A DNA stretch of 64,000 nt, taken from assembly GCF_006345805.1 (NCBI RefSeq), contig NC_042997.1:159836001-159900000 (forward strand), given 5' to 3'. Below, piece by piece: positions 25,906 through 39,290 of the stretch. The stretch comes from Octopus sinensis. Lineage: Eukaryota. The translations under genes and the position numbers were made by a program. The notes under the pieces were generated by a model. The model worked only from the letters and a program-made list of their open reading frames with translations. It searched no databases and had not been told where the DNA came from. Numbering within the stretch: the stretch's first letter is position 1; each line of letters begins with the position of its first letter.

Positions 25906-26772
25906 AATACAGGACACCACAAATAAACGTAGAACACAACGAGAAACGAAAGCATAAAAACAACTAGGAAACGGACTTTTTTTAACAATGAAAAACAGAG
26001 TACAAGACAAACAATACAAGGAATATTCCCCTTCATCAGCTGTCCCTGGATTGACTCAATGCGTGTTTCGAAGGTAAGGACAGAACACGCCCCGACGAAC
26101 TAGTCCTTCCTGCGAAAGAATTAAAATAAAATTCCTTTGCAGAGGGGTAAAAACAAAAAAAAAACAAAAAACATGACAAGAACAGGACGTAAAAGCAATA
26201 CAAATAAAATACAATTACAAATAGAAAATAAAAATACAAGTCCAAAAAAATACAGTACACATGAAGAATAGAAACAGGACAAAAAAAAAACAAAAAACAT
26301 GACAAGAACAGGACGTAAAAGCAATACAAATAAAATACAATTACAAATAGAAAATAAAAATACAAGTCCAAAAAAATACAGTACACATGAAGAATAGAAA
26401 CAGGACAAAAAAAAAACAAACATTAAGGGCTGTCTTTTAAGCCTAGACGATGGATACATTCAGATTCGCAGGAAGGATTGTCGACGAGTTGTGTTCTGTC
26501 CTTACCTTCGAAACACGCATTGAGTCGATCCAGGGACAGCTGATGAAGGGGAATATTCCTTGTATTGTTTGTCTTGTACTCTGTTTTTTCGTTGTTAAAA
26601 AAAGTTCGTTTCCTAGTTGTTTTTATGCTTTCGTTTCTCGTTGTGTTCTACGTTTATTTGTGTTGTCCTGTAATCACATATATATATATATATATGCATG
26701 TATATATACATGTAGATGTATGTACGTACATATATGTATGTATGTATGCATATATTTTATTTATTAAATTAT
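25786..26772. repeat. ~300-bp inverted duplication (25786-26088 / 26491-26772) enclosing a ~127-bp tandem duplication (~26153-26410)
   Basis: Seen directly. Probably a pLTR-type element, but no canonical hammerhead fold was found. Confidence 0.75.
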
Positions 26773-27257
26773 TGTATGACTGAGCACCATCTGGTCGTTT
26801 CGTTTCTTTTCTCCAAGTAAGTTTATATATATATATATATATATATATAGTTAATCACACCACATTTTTACTCTTAAAAATATTTTCATTCTAATTAAAC
26901 AGCTACTCCTGTAGCTTTTTGAAGCGCACACACCAACTGCTTTTCATGCAATATCCATATCTCACACCTCACTGCCAGTGAGCTTCGCTAGGTTTTCCAT
27001 TCTCACATTTTGTTTCACCGAGGCACTGACCTTTTCGATATCCACAATAAAATTCTTTGTCAACAAATTTATTGAGTTGTTTTTTTGTTTTTTCTTTTTG
27101 AAGTAGTTGTATCTCATATATTGGACTTATGTAAATATATGCGTACAACCACACACGCACGCACGCATACATTCACATACACACACGCGCGCGCGCATGA
27201 ATATATTATATGCAGATAATTTCTCTTTCGTACGACGTCGAAATAGAGCATCACTGG

Positions 27258-28335
27258 TTTTGCAAGCGAAGGCGTAAAACTAATTCTTGGTGGTCACGTG
27301 ACTGTTTAAAGCGTGAGCAGTATGATTTTAGCGCGCTTTTTACTGTGTGGACGGACTATAAAGACTATTAGTGAACATGTTGCAGAGTTGCCTCCTGCTG
27401 GAAACCGATGTGAAAGGGTGGTTCGAAGTCTGCTGGAAGACCATGTGCGACATTGACGTGTGATGTGCTGAGAAACCGATGCGAGTGGTCTTATGATATA
27501 GTCGGTGCCATGCAATTGATGTGTGCGATGATGCCGGACAAATTCGTGTGGTGCCGTTGACACACTATTTGGTGTCGAGTGTGAAGTTGGCTTCGGTAAT
27601 TAATGTGAACAGTAAACTTGTCAAAATAAAGAATGCGGAATTGTACCGTGAATTTGGAAGTAACAAAAGAATCTAGTCGAAAAAACAAAGGATTAAAAAA
27701 TGAAATAGAAATTAGATCATTATACTGGTGAATAAAGGAAGAGCTCACCGAAAGAGGTCTAAACATTTCAGAGGTAAATAAAATTATTCCCTAAAAACTC
27801 GAAACTAAACGCTCGTCGTCTCGACAAATATACACCATTTAAAAATCTCTTATAGTTATTTTCTGTGAATTGGAGCTTCTTTACTTTAGATAACTTCTAG
27901 TTCTTACGATGCTTAATTAAAAACACTGCTCTCTCGCTTTGCAAGCGAAGGCGAAAACATAATTCTTGATGGTCGTTATAATTTCCATCTTAAACTGCAA
28001 TTTGAATTCAAAATCTTGTCAGCTCTTTTCTACAGCAATCGTTTTACACATGTTGCGCTGTATGTCTTCCTGTTCGTTATTTTCTTATTTATAAGATACT
28101 CTTCTTTATTTCGTTAATTTCCCAAGTTTTTTGTCCAGCATGAACTAAAACTAACACTACCACGTGTTAACTAGTAGTCTTGATAGTCCGTTCACACAGA
28201 AAAAAGTGCGCCAAAATCATATCGCCTACGCTTTAAGCAGGCACACGACCAGCAAGAATTATGTTTTCGCCTTCGCTTGCAAAGCAAGAGAGCAGTGTTT
28301 TAATTAAGCATCGTAAGAACTAGAAGTTATCTAAA
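27258..28335. repeat. Nested inverted-repeat (MITE/foldback-like) element
   Basis: Near-perfect 90-bp IR 27885-27975 / 28246-28335. Older diverged arm 27258-27380 matches ~28165-28282. Confidence 0.65.
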
Positions 28336-28601
28336 TATAATTTCTTCCGTTCTTAACAAATATATATAATTTTTTGTCAGTTTATTTGTCTCTGTCTTTT
28401 CTCCTTGTACTGTATGAATTAACTGATGTAGTTTTAGAGTCACGTTTTGACTGCTATCTTTGGCATGATGCTATCGTTTAGGCACCCTTAACTTTAATAA
28501 TAATTATTACCTAAAAGGTGTTTATTCCTATGCTGGCCCCTTGATATCATCAGTATTTCAAATAACGGTCTTACCCTTAAATATATATATATATATATAT
28601 A

Positions 28602-30120
28602 CTAGCAGTACAGCCCGGCGTTGCTCGGATTAAGTTAGGATTATTAAGTAATCAAGCGCTTTATTTCAAAACAAAATAAGTGACACTGACATCAGATTTG
28701 AGCGAAATCTGTTGAAATTGGTAAACGTTTAGCTGAAAATGGGTTGCAGTTAATTTGATTGGGAAATCCCATAAGGAATCGGTTTATCGATTATTTTTAC
28801 ACATCGATGGTTTTTTGTTTTGGTTTTTTTGAGAACTTAAAGCATTCAAATATTCCATGAGTCCTAAGTAATGCTGGCATCACGTTTTAGCAAAATATGT
28901 CAAAATTCGTAATAGTTATGGTTGAAAATGGAGTGTAGCCAATTTTAGTGGGAAATCCTATAAGGAATCGGTTTATCAATTTTTTATCCTGATTAAATGG
29001 AAGCCCCCAAATGGATACCTGCCACCGATAGTGTTTAGCCTTGGAATTTGTTGATGGACATGTCGAAGCATGGTCTCACCGGGAACTGCGATCTGCGGAA
29101 GTTAAACGTCATGTCTGACCCCGAGAGATAAAGCTGCATCCCTGAAACGAAAACATTTTCACCCCTCTCGTACCCTGTATCAATGGTGGCTTCATTTAAG
29201 TGATGGGTCAGGGACTTGATTACTTGATTGCACTGTTTAGGTGGAAGCAAGTTTCTGATTAGCATAATTGGGCATCCAATCCTTAGCCTAAGAATGTGAG
29301 GTGGAAGCCTTGCTGGTTCCAATGAGTTAAGAAACTCAATAGAGTAATTGTTAATGTCTTTGGGGTCAGATTTGTAGATGCGTTCCACACCCGGAATTCG
29401 GCTTATGAACTGGTCTTTGATAGCACTGACAGCTACTTTTTGGGGGACCAGGATGGTTCTTTCACTGATCTAACTGATGCCTGCATAATTACTTTCCAGA
29501 TTGGGGAACACAGTTTCCAAAAGATCGCAAGGGTTGTCCACAGTGTTACAAAGTTCAGACCTTCTCCAGGGGCAAAATGTCATCAGCAAATGCTGCAGAC
29601 ATGCTATCATCAAGCAAATGCGCACACTTGTTTGTGCTTAGACTTAAGGTCTCAACCTGGAGCCACAATGTGGATTACTTAAGGCATGCACGCACTTCAT
29701 CAGCTCGGCTCCTTTTAGGGATGACAAGAAATTTTTGCTGGAAATCTCCTGAAAGCAATAGAGTTACTCCACCCATAAAAGCTCTAGAATCCCTGATACC
29801 TTTCAGTGACCAGTCCAGTGCCTCAAGGGCACCCTTATTGGTCATTGTGCATTGTCTAAGAACTTCAGCTTCCTCTGAATTTTTGCCATTGTTGCAAGTG
29901 GGAACCGCGGCCCTCACCAAATGTAAAGGCATCTTGAATGCCGAGTGCACCGTCCTAACTCCCGGCAATAGCATAGCAGCGATTCCCGAGGAAGCAACAG
30001 CTAGCGCAAGTTGTTTCGCGTGACGAATATTAGCAAGTATTAATTGTGTTACAAAGGATTTATCGGTACCTCTAGCAGCATCGAGGACAAAATTCCGCCC
30101 GCCTGTTTTTCAACGGCACT
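28602..30120 (-). mobile_element. Helitron 3' portion: PIF1-like helicase relic and 3' terminus
   Basis: LPPHILRLRIGCPIMLIRNL, FPVRPCFDMSINKFQG, GGVTLLLSGDFQQ, AVASSGIAA. Minus-strand end CCGAGCAACGCCGGG..CTAG in (TA)n. Confidence 0.9.
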
Positions 30121-31440
30121 TGGAGGCCCAGAAAGTGCTCCACACTTAAGAGACCACCACACCCCACTTAAGGAGCGCGACACCTTCCTGCTCCCACTCC
30201 AGAGAGATAACGGCAAGTAGTCCTTTCCTTGTAGTTAGTAAAGAAATAAGTTGTTCACAATAGTTGTTCACAATTTTAAATAGTCGGCTACACAGATCAC
30301 AAATTGGTGACCTGAAAGGTTGCCTTAAACAGCATACGTAGACAGGGCCCCGGCTACTGCAAGCTGAACACGTCATTCAAGGTGTGCCAAGCTTACAGAA
30401 ACCGCATTAATGAATTAGTTCAGAAAACTTTGACGGAGGCATCGTCAGCAATTAATGGTGATATAATCTAAAATGTGCCATCAAAGTAGAATCAGCTAGA
30501 TTTAGCAAAGTTTTAGCTGTAGAAAGAAATAGATTAGAGGAAGATTTAGTAAGAAAGCTAGAAGTTGCGCTTAGAAAAGGCATAGCGACTGACGTGCTGT
30601 CAGCGAGGTTTGACCTTCAACGCCAGGCACGAAGGTTGCATTGTCAGAGCTAAGGCACGTGTTCTGAGAAAGAGATAACCAATGTTGCCCAATGGGCCCA
30701 GGTGGCTGAGACGCAAAATGACAACAAAAACACCATTTGGTATTTGGTGGACCAAAATGGGAGCACGGTGAACGAGCCGGAGCAGATGTGTGCAGCTTTT
30801 CAGCAGCATTTTGTCGAATTGTTCGGAATGAAAAGTGGGCTTGATCGCAGGATGGATTTTACTGCTTACCGCGATGGCCTACCACGACACGTAACAAGAG
30901 AAGCGGAGGGCTGCGAATATCTGATAACAGTTGAGGAATGCTCGGGGGCAAATCGCCGGGACTTGATGGTCTGCTCTAAGAGCTTTATTCTAGTATACCA
31001 GACTTGTTTGCAGGCCCCTTGTCAGATAGCTACAACAACTTGCAACAGAAAGAGAATCTGAGAGCCGAGGATCCGTGCTACTGCTGAGAAAGGATCCAAA
31101 CAAGGGGGAGGTTTAGATAATTTTAGGCCCATCACTCTGCTTAATGCAGACATGAAACTTTGGTCCGAAGTGTTAGTGAAGAGGTTAGCGCTGGTCGTCA
31201 AGAAACTGGTTGGAGACACACAAGCAGGCGCCGTCCCAAACAAGTCCATCCATGACGCCTTATGCGCTACATCGTGGATAGGGCAGTTAAGAAGCCTGGC
31301 ATTGGTGGGGCTCTAATCAATTTAGGTCAGTCAAAAATCTTTGATAGTGTGGACCATCAGTATCTGGTGGCTGTTCTCACAGCGGCTGGTTTCGGTCCGG
31401 TTTTCCGCTGCCATGTCCCTCGACATCTGCTCGGTAGTCC
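30121..31440 (+). mobile_element. Degraded Tx1/L1-like ORF2 fragment, same group as 4250-8150
   Basis: LVDQNGSTVNEPEQMCAAFQQHFVELFG, FRPITLLNAD, GGALINLGQSKIFDSVDH. Confidence 0.8.
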
Positions 31441-31616
31441 GGGTGAATGTGTCCTTGTGTGTGTGTGTGTGAAATGTGCCTGTGTGTATATGGTTATGTG
31501 TTTTAATCTTCATTTGTGTATGTGTGTATGTGTGTGTGCTTGGCTGTCTGTATTACCTGTATACCTATCTATCTGTTTGTCTATCTACAAACTTACATAT
31601 CCATTTACCTACACAC

Positions 31617-31677
<61 letters not shown>

Positions 31678-32149
31678 TATATACATCAGTAGCGCTACTT
31701 TATCCTGAAATTTTCACCTAAATTTCAGTAAGCGACTTTTAAAAACTTCCTATGAAAAAAATCCATCAGATATTTTCTATGTATAAGCCACATCTAATAA
31801 CGAAAGAAGTGCTGATTGGAGTGAGCGTAACAATGAATAATTGGCTCATTTATTGAAGTCTGTTTATAATAACTAGAGAACACCAAGTAAACATTTAAAC
31901 ATGACTGAATATTGCCGCACAAATTATAAGATGTTCATGCATAACAAAAATACGTGATAAAATCAGTATAATGCGAGCTACGATAGCTAAAAGTGATAAT
32001 TTATCATTTGGTCTTGATTAAAGACAATAAATATATATAAATAGGCACTATGTTATTTTGGATGTTGCAATCGCATGTTGGTTAAGTATGTAGTTATTAG
32101 AATGGCTAAGAAAGAGCGTGTAGTTCGTAATATAACGCAGAATGCACTA

Positions 32150-32365
32150 GAGTTCGGCAAATTGGGACTTTTTCCCACGCTATTTATAACAGTTTCAAGC
32201 AATCTCGAGTATAACCATAAGAAATTGCAAAGATAATCTGGAACTCGACTGAGGAAAGAAAATTCAGAATGACCCGTCCATATCTTCTTTGTAATTCCTC
32301 TCTGGATGTTTTGTTGTTCCTTTCTTACATCACCTAACGATGTTTTGCGTTCTTGTACAATTTTG
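32150..32365 (+). repeat. Partial copy of the dispersed repeat also at 34257-34995 and 59071-60060
   Basis: Shared GAAATTGCAAAGATAATCTGGAACTCGACTGAGGAAAG core. Confidence 0.75.
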
Positions 32366-32391
32366 TGTATGTATATATATATATATATATA

Positions 32392-32441
32392 CTAGCATTA
32401 AAGACAAGTCGTTGCTGGGTCATAGTGCTAGTGCATGTATC

Positions 32442-32507
<66 letters not shown>

Positions 32508-33222
32508 TACATATTACATGTACATTTATATATATATACATCTACACATAAAATACAAAATACAAAGTTATATCTTGATATCGCTAGTGATAACAATATT
32601 CAAAATATATAACAGACTGGAATTGTTAGCCCGTCTCTTGTAATTTCGATCAATTGTATCTTTCCTCCTTCTTGTATAGAAGTGTGGCTACAATCCAGCC
32701 TATCTCTTCTTCTGGGGGAGGGGCATTTTAATTTTTTTCCCGGGACGTCCTACGTCCCAGATATAAAGGAAAAAATAAAATATTTCCACTTTGCAAGTTC
32801 TAGTCGAGTACTCCCTTACACGCTCTGTTGACTCGAATCTTGCTTCTATTGTGGCGAATTTACCGCCTCTGATTAGATATCTGTCATAGTCACACCAAGA
32901 CACTTTTCGAAGGTGCTTTCCTCCATGTGTTCAAATCTTTTTTTCTCTACATTGTATACTTTATAGACAATAGTCTTTTCTTTAATTTAATTTTTTATTA
33001 TCCATCTGGACTATTCCATTTCTGCAGACTAATTTTATTTTTAATTTATTCCCATTCATGGGCTCGCTCTAGGTAAGACGATGAACATTTTTTGCTCATG
33101 AAACTACATGGACCCTAAGTAAGGCATGTGTAAAATTTGAATGAAATTGGTTGTGTAGTTCTCAAGTTTTAGGGAAACACACAGACAGACAAACACACAA
33201 TCTCAGTTTTATATATATAAAG

Positions 33223-33223
<1 letters not shown>
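32392..33223 (-). mobile_element. Probable non-autonomous Helitron-like element
   Basis: 5' TC start followed by TTTATATATATAAAACTGAGATTGTGTGTTTGTCTGTCTG at 33223. Possible 3' end CCCAGCAACG..GCTAG at 32392, resembling the end at 28602. Linkage of the two ends is uncertain. Confidence 0.45.
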
Positions 33224-33254
<31 letters not shown>

Positions 33255-33319
33255 GTGTGTATGTATGTATGTATGTATGTATGTATGTATGTATATATGT
33301 ATATATATATATATATATG

Positions 33320-33372
<53 letters not shown>

Positions 33373-33390
33373 TATATATATACATATATA

Positions 33391-34216
33391 TTTTTTAATG
33401 TCTTTACCCCCATACTTTCGTGAGTTGAGTTGAGCAAACACTATATGAGAGAGATTTTCTTTAAGTATTAGAAATAGTTTTAAAAAAGTTTTTTAGCTAC
33501 TATTTCTAATGAGTTCAGTATGTGGCAAAGTAATTTATTTTACTAAGCCTTTTATATAATGTAATAATTTGAATTCGCCTTAAATGGTCCCTTTGCATAC
33601 TGAACACTTGGTGAAATTGATTAATAATTAATTAATTTTACCCTCAATTGTTGAAATTATAATTCATCTCTCTCTATTTAATGCTTCGGATTTTACCGAA
33701 AAAGCATAGTGTTTACTGATTTTAGCCCACGCTGGTGGAAAGGGGAGAGCAGAAATTCTTCGCTTGCATATTTTGAGTTTGCTGGCACTGTTAGTTTCGA
33801 GCAGATCTTCAGAAGCGATAAGAAGCCGAAAGGGTATGCTCCCACTTTCAGTGTTTTCAAATCCAAACCAAGGAGTTCTGAGCTGATGATAGAAATGTCG
33901 AGTTGACTAATCTAGAAACGTACGTTCTCAAATAACCTTTGCATTTGATTTTTTAATGTCTTTACCCCCATACTTTCGTGAGTTGAGTTGAGCAAACACT
34001 ATATGAGAGAGATTTTCTTTAAGTATTAGAAATAGTTTTAAAAAAGTTTTTTAGCTACTATTTCTAATGAGTTCAGTATGTGGCAAAGTAATTTATTTTA
34101 CTAAGCCCTTTTATATAATGTAATAATTTGAATTCGCCTTAAATGGTCCCTTTGCATACTGAACACTTGGTGAAATTGATTAATAATTAATTAATTTTAC
34201 CCTCAATTGTTGAAAT
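33391..34216. repeat. Near-identical 267-bp direct repeats (33391-33657, 33949-34216) around a ~290-bp spacer, flanked by (TA)n
   Basis: Seen directly; one base indel noticed. Confidence 0.9.
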
Positions 34217-34256
34217 CATATATATATATATATATATAATATATATATATATACCT

Positions 34257-34995
34257 TGGTCTCTTGTATGTAAGTATATATTTATCTAAATCTTGTACGA
34301 GTCTATTCTTTTATTCTTTTATTCTTTCTATCCGCAATTTCACGCTTACTTCATTTAGTCCACTCTTCGTTCTTACGTTCCCTCCTCTCTCACATTTCAT
34401 TGCCTTCTCTTCATGCTCACTTTCCCTCCTCTCTTCACTTCACTGTCTCCCTGTCATTTTATCAACCCTCCTTATTTCTTCTGTCCCGCTGTCTCTACTT
34501 CTCTCTCTTCTCTCCCCGCGTGACCGGTGTTCGGCCAGGCCTGAATTTTCTTTCTTGGTTCGGCCGCTGCCCGTGTAATATCTTTATTCTTCCCTGTGCC
34601 TGTGAAATCTTGTATCCCTGCCGTAATGCTTTACTTCCACACACGCCAGGTTCATTTAGTCCGTCCTTAGTCGAAATACACCTGTTGTTATTTCCTGTTA
34701 TTTGTATTTGTGTAACCTTCTCAGTTTTTTTCGTCCTTGTTTTCGCATACATTCGCTGTTTTCTTCCAAGGAATCTAATGTTCTTTGATTAGATTTTCCT
34801 TGGAGCTGGCCAGATCGGAGCAAACTCAGAGTATAACCAGCCGAAATTGCAAAGATAATCTGGAACTCGACTGCGGAAAGAACACTCCGAATGATCCGTC
34901 CTTGTTTTCTTTGTATCGTCTATCTGGATGTTTTGTTGTCCATTTCTTGTATCACCTAACTTTCTGGATGTTTTGCGTTCTTGCCACATTTTGTT
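34257..34995. repeat. Dispersed ~740-bp repeat family member (unclassified, possibly PLE-derived)
   Basis: Colinear with 59290-60060; flanked by (TA)n. Confidence 0.7.
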
Positions 34996-35003
34996 TATAT
35001 ATA

Positions 35004-35089
<86 letters not shown>

Positions 35090-35219
35090 TTTATGCATCT
35101 GTATATTTGTATATATATATATATAAGGCATATATCAGTGTTACAAATATTTTTGCAGCTCCATAGATCAGTATCCAATTCTGGTGAGCTTTTGCCAGAA
35201 AACAATGAAAGTCAATGTT

Positions 35220-36800
35220 GTTTTGTATTTGAACAAAAAGTTAACCCATGACTAACTTTGAAATTTTTATACTCGGCTGGTTAAACAATAAACAAAAAAA
35301 AGGATAAAGATCCAAAATCTTTCATCCATAACTGTTAAAAGAACTGTATTTTGCATTCTAGAGAAATCAAAAGAATATAAATCATATAAAGTCATATTAG
35401 TCAATAGTCAAGTCATGGAAAAAAATTTAAGAAAATAAAAGGCAATGGCAAGTTGGCTTTGTTCTTGCACGTGGCATGTAGTTCTTGCATGACCTTAATT
35501 GCTCGTTCACAAAATTGATTGCTTCTGCTGATGTTTAATTTTTAAATGGCTCTTGTTTCCAGGTATTTATCATGCATTTCAAAGCAAGCAGTCTTGTAGG
35601 ATAGCAAGGTTTGCGATAGTTCTGCATAATCTTCAGTTCTATACATTTGGTCACTGAACCAGTGGTCCACCCGGTTATATTAGATGAAGTGGCAGACCAT
35701 CTGCAATCTTTCACTCACATGTGGCATGAGAAAAAATTGCAAGAAGGGTTAATATTGCTAGCGAATTCCATCTGCCATTACTGATGTTCGAAATTTTTAA
35801 AATTGATGGCATGGGTTAAGTGGAACAGAAACTTCATAATATCTCCCCAGCTACCTTGATCTTCAATAACATGAGTTCCATTCTGGAAGGAGCCTTGAGT
35901 TATTTGACAAAAAATATTAGATGCTGAGTGAATTGCTTGCGCCTGCTAGCTCCTCGTCCATAACAACGCGCTGAATTATGTCCAATACATGATGCTGGCA
36001 GCTCATGAATTGAGGCTTGTCATAGCCTTTGCTCAAGAACACTCACTGCAGTCTAGCCACTAGCCCCCTCTTTCGTCCTGTATTCACACTCACTGTATCA
36101 GCAATAATCATTCGGATTGCGCCCCATAAATGAAATTCGTCCAAGATGCTTTTCAGTCCTTCTGCAATGATCTCAGCCTTGCCATCACACAGCTTCAGAG
36201 CAGCCAGCTTGATTTCACTTGTTTCAGTCTTGATGACAACTGCTTGATATTCACTTCCATCAATGTTCACCATCGAAATGCAGGCTCCATTTTACATTGC
36301 GTAGCGTATCGAACAAATGTATTTTACATTTCACCAGCTCTCTGCATTTTCGTCTGGAGAAAGCATCTGACATATATGTATAGTTTTTAAATCAGGACAA
36401 ATATATAACAGCAACAGGTGAAACTCGTTCAGTAGGTGCTGATGTTTCAAAATCTGGATTTCTACTGGTTTTTTTTCAGCGCCATCAATGGCAAGTATCC
36501 ACTGCCCGTACATGTTAAGAGAAAATTGGCCTTCTAGCTGATAGTGTTATACAGTGGTTGTATATAAGAGATCAGCGACCGGAACATCCAGTATTAAACT
36601 GTATCAGCTCGCAGCCGATTTTTGGCTAGCATAAGCGGCCTCTTGCTACTTATGACATAGACTCCCCCCCACATTTTTAGTTACTGCTTCATTTTTCTTC
36701 TTTACCTACGTCAACCATTGCAACGTTCTTACCTTGTCCTTGGTTTAAATATACTTGATCATTTGTAGAGATTGCAGTACTTTGGTCATTTCCATTCCGG
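35220..36800 (-). mobile_element. Degraded DDE DNA-transposase sequence with CxxH motif (superfamily unassigned)
   Basis: ILDEFHLWGAIRMIIADTVSVNTGRKRGLVARLQ then FMSCQHHVLD. No TIRs identified. Confidence 0.55.
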
Positions 36801-37207
36801 ATAACAGGTGTTTAGTCTCTAGAATATTTTAGTATGTACACCATTGTAAAAGCTCTACGGGTTTGCTTTTGGATAAATATTTATTTGCTCTGTTTACCAT
36901 ATCATAAGTACTATTTGTTTTCTAGACACATTGGCAATTCCTGTTTTACTTTAGCACTAGTTTTATCCTACTACTATTTATACACTCTTCAACCCCTACA
37001 TAAAGAGATAGCCCCAAAATTTTTCTCTAGCCCATTTGGCAGTTCCCTCATTTGCCTATCGACTTCAAATGGTATGAATTGAGCTTTCTGGCCTCATCTC
37101 GAGGCTCTGTTCTTTCCTCTTCCTTTCGTTTATTTTATTTTATTTTATTATTTTTTATATTTGTATTCACTCTGATGAAGCTCCATGTGCTAGATCGAAT
37201 GTGCTAT

Positions 37208-37880
37208 ACAGATGGCGAATATCATTTTCGGAATTTTCTTTGTAAACACCAGAGATAAGGAAACCATGATGGTCCACTGGTGGAGATTCGTCCTCAGCCG
37301 CCTGGATTACTGCTCACAGCTATGGTCACCCACCAGTGAGAAATTAACAGCGGACCTTGAAGCAATCCAGAGAAGATTCACAAAGAAGATCGTCTCTTTG
37401 TAACAGCTCGGCCACTGGGAAAGGTTGAAACAGCTAAGATTCTATTCCCAGGAAGTAATATATATCTAGAAGATCCTGGAAGGAATTGTGCCAAATGTTG
37501 ACATTGAAAGCTACACCAATGCCAGAACGGGACGACACTGCATAGTGCCAAAGATCCCAGCAATGCCATCACGCTTCAGGACCAGTTACTGCAACAGCCT
37601 TGGTTTCAAGGGCCCACAGCTTTTTAATATTCTCCCAAAAAGTTTGAGGAACTTGCACAAAGTAGATGTAGGGGCTTTTAAATCAAAGCTGGACCTCTTC
37701 CTGTCGAGAGTCCCAGATAAACCTACCTCACGCCAAGAGGTACAAATGAGGGTAGCTATATCAAACTCCATCTTCAGCAAGTGCCACATAGTACAGGAGG
37801 TTCTTAGTAATAATAGTGTAGCAAAACGGCGGTGCATCAGCATGGCCGCAGATCCGAGCTAAAACTAGAGAGAAAAAAAG
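37208..37880 (+). mobile_element. 5'-truncated CR1/L2-group LINE 3' end
   Basis: SRLDYCSQLWSP..EAIQRRFTK, SLGFKGPQLFNILP..FKSKLDLFL. Tail GGCGGTGCATCAGCATGGCCGCAG. Confidence 0.85.
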
Positions 37881-39237
37881 TGATAGTTTTGTTTTCCTTA
37901 CCCCCTGTTCAATTTTTCCTTTCCTAACATATCGGAAACTTCTAAACATTAAACTCCCCAAAACCTAACCTTATTGACTTATATTTTCTAATAGTATTTA
38001 TTAAAAATATCTTTGACACAGGTTCTATATATGTAATTATAACTATATAAATTGTGTTGATATATGCATGTGTTTATGTACGAATATATTTGTATACATT
38101 TCATCATATGTGTATGTATACATACACACACACTTATATACATATATGTATGCATACATACACACACATATCTATGTTTGTAGGTACGTATGTTTTTGTG
38201 TGCCTGTGTTTTCCCCCTCCTACCACAACCACCACCATTAATGAGATCGTTACTCATGTATAGCTTTCCTGAACTGTATCTATTACCAAACCAATAGAAA
38301 TAATTTATTTTTATATACAACCGACAAATAATATTTTTTCATCTAACCTATCCTTCATTTCTTTTATAAGATAATTTGTTCCCTTGCATACTTAAGTATT
38401 ATTACTTTTCTTTTTATTTAGATTTTATACTATATAATAATTCTTCTTATTTAGATTTTATACTATATATATTTTTTCTTCGTATTTAATTTTTATACTA
38501 AATATATTATTTTTTACATTTTCTCCTATCTATATTTTCTTTTTATTTATATTTTATATTATATATATTTTACATATATTTTTTAAAAATTTCTATTTAT
38601 CATTGATTTTATTTTTCTCATTCTTATCTTTCTTTACCCTTATAATTTTAGGTTATTTTTATTTTTTGTTCTCTATTTTTATTTTTTATTTACATTAATT
38701 TGTACTAAATGGCATCTTCACTAATATCTAATACTCACCAACTAGATACACGTAGATTATATATAGGATCTAACTTCTTAAACTCATTAATATTCTCTAT
38801 ACATCCTTCAAAGAAAAATGTTAACCTTAATTCTTTAAGCTCATATGAACCCTGAAGAAATTCTATCAAATATAGTTAGATATGATACCTTTCTGAGCTT
38901 ATAACCAAAATACTTATAATTGCATATCAACTAGAGGTTAAACTGAAACATATATGTAGATTTTTCACACCTCTCATTTTCCTTCTGAGCTTTACAACTT
39001 ATAATTTATTTGTATTGTTATGTTTTTAAAACTTTCAACATCTTTATATCATATAACTAAATTATTCATTCCTCCATCTTTCTCCAGTTTCTTCTTTTTT
39101 TCAATGATAATGATAATTATTACTGCAAAAACCCCTATCATATGGAAGAGACTTTCTCCTTATATGATAGTGATTAACCAGTAGAATATTTTGGGTTATA
39201 TAATGCTTAATGTGGATCTAACTTCCTCGAATTAACA

Positions 39238-39286
<49 letters not shown>

Positions 39287-39290
<4 letters not shown>

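Noticed and set aside
25480-26036. Many Y/I/C/V/H/T-rich ORFs here and at 16125, 20593, 23540, 31262, 33151, 55374, 61255
   Set aside because: Translations of (TA)n, (CA)n and (AAT)n microsatellites.
32391-32432. 42-bp segment with inverted ACTAGCA ends
   Set aside because: Better explained as a degenerate Helitron 3' end; too short to call an element.
34795-34900. Hammerhead-like pieces (GCTGG/CCAGC stem, GAAA, CTGAGGA) in the 32150/34257/59071 repeat family
   Set aside because: No topology gives all three stems around a complete core.
37165-37215. CTGATGA with a possible stem I
   Set aside because: No GAAA or stem II, and the 3' part belongs to the adjacent LINE start.
38845-38890. CTGAAGA with a short hairpin
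   Set aside because: Too degenerate; no GAAA or stem III.
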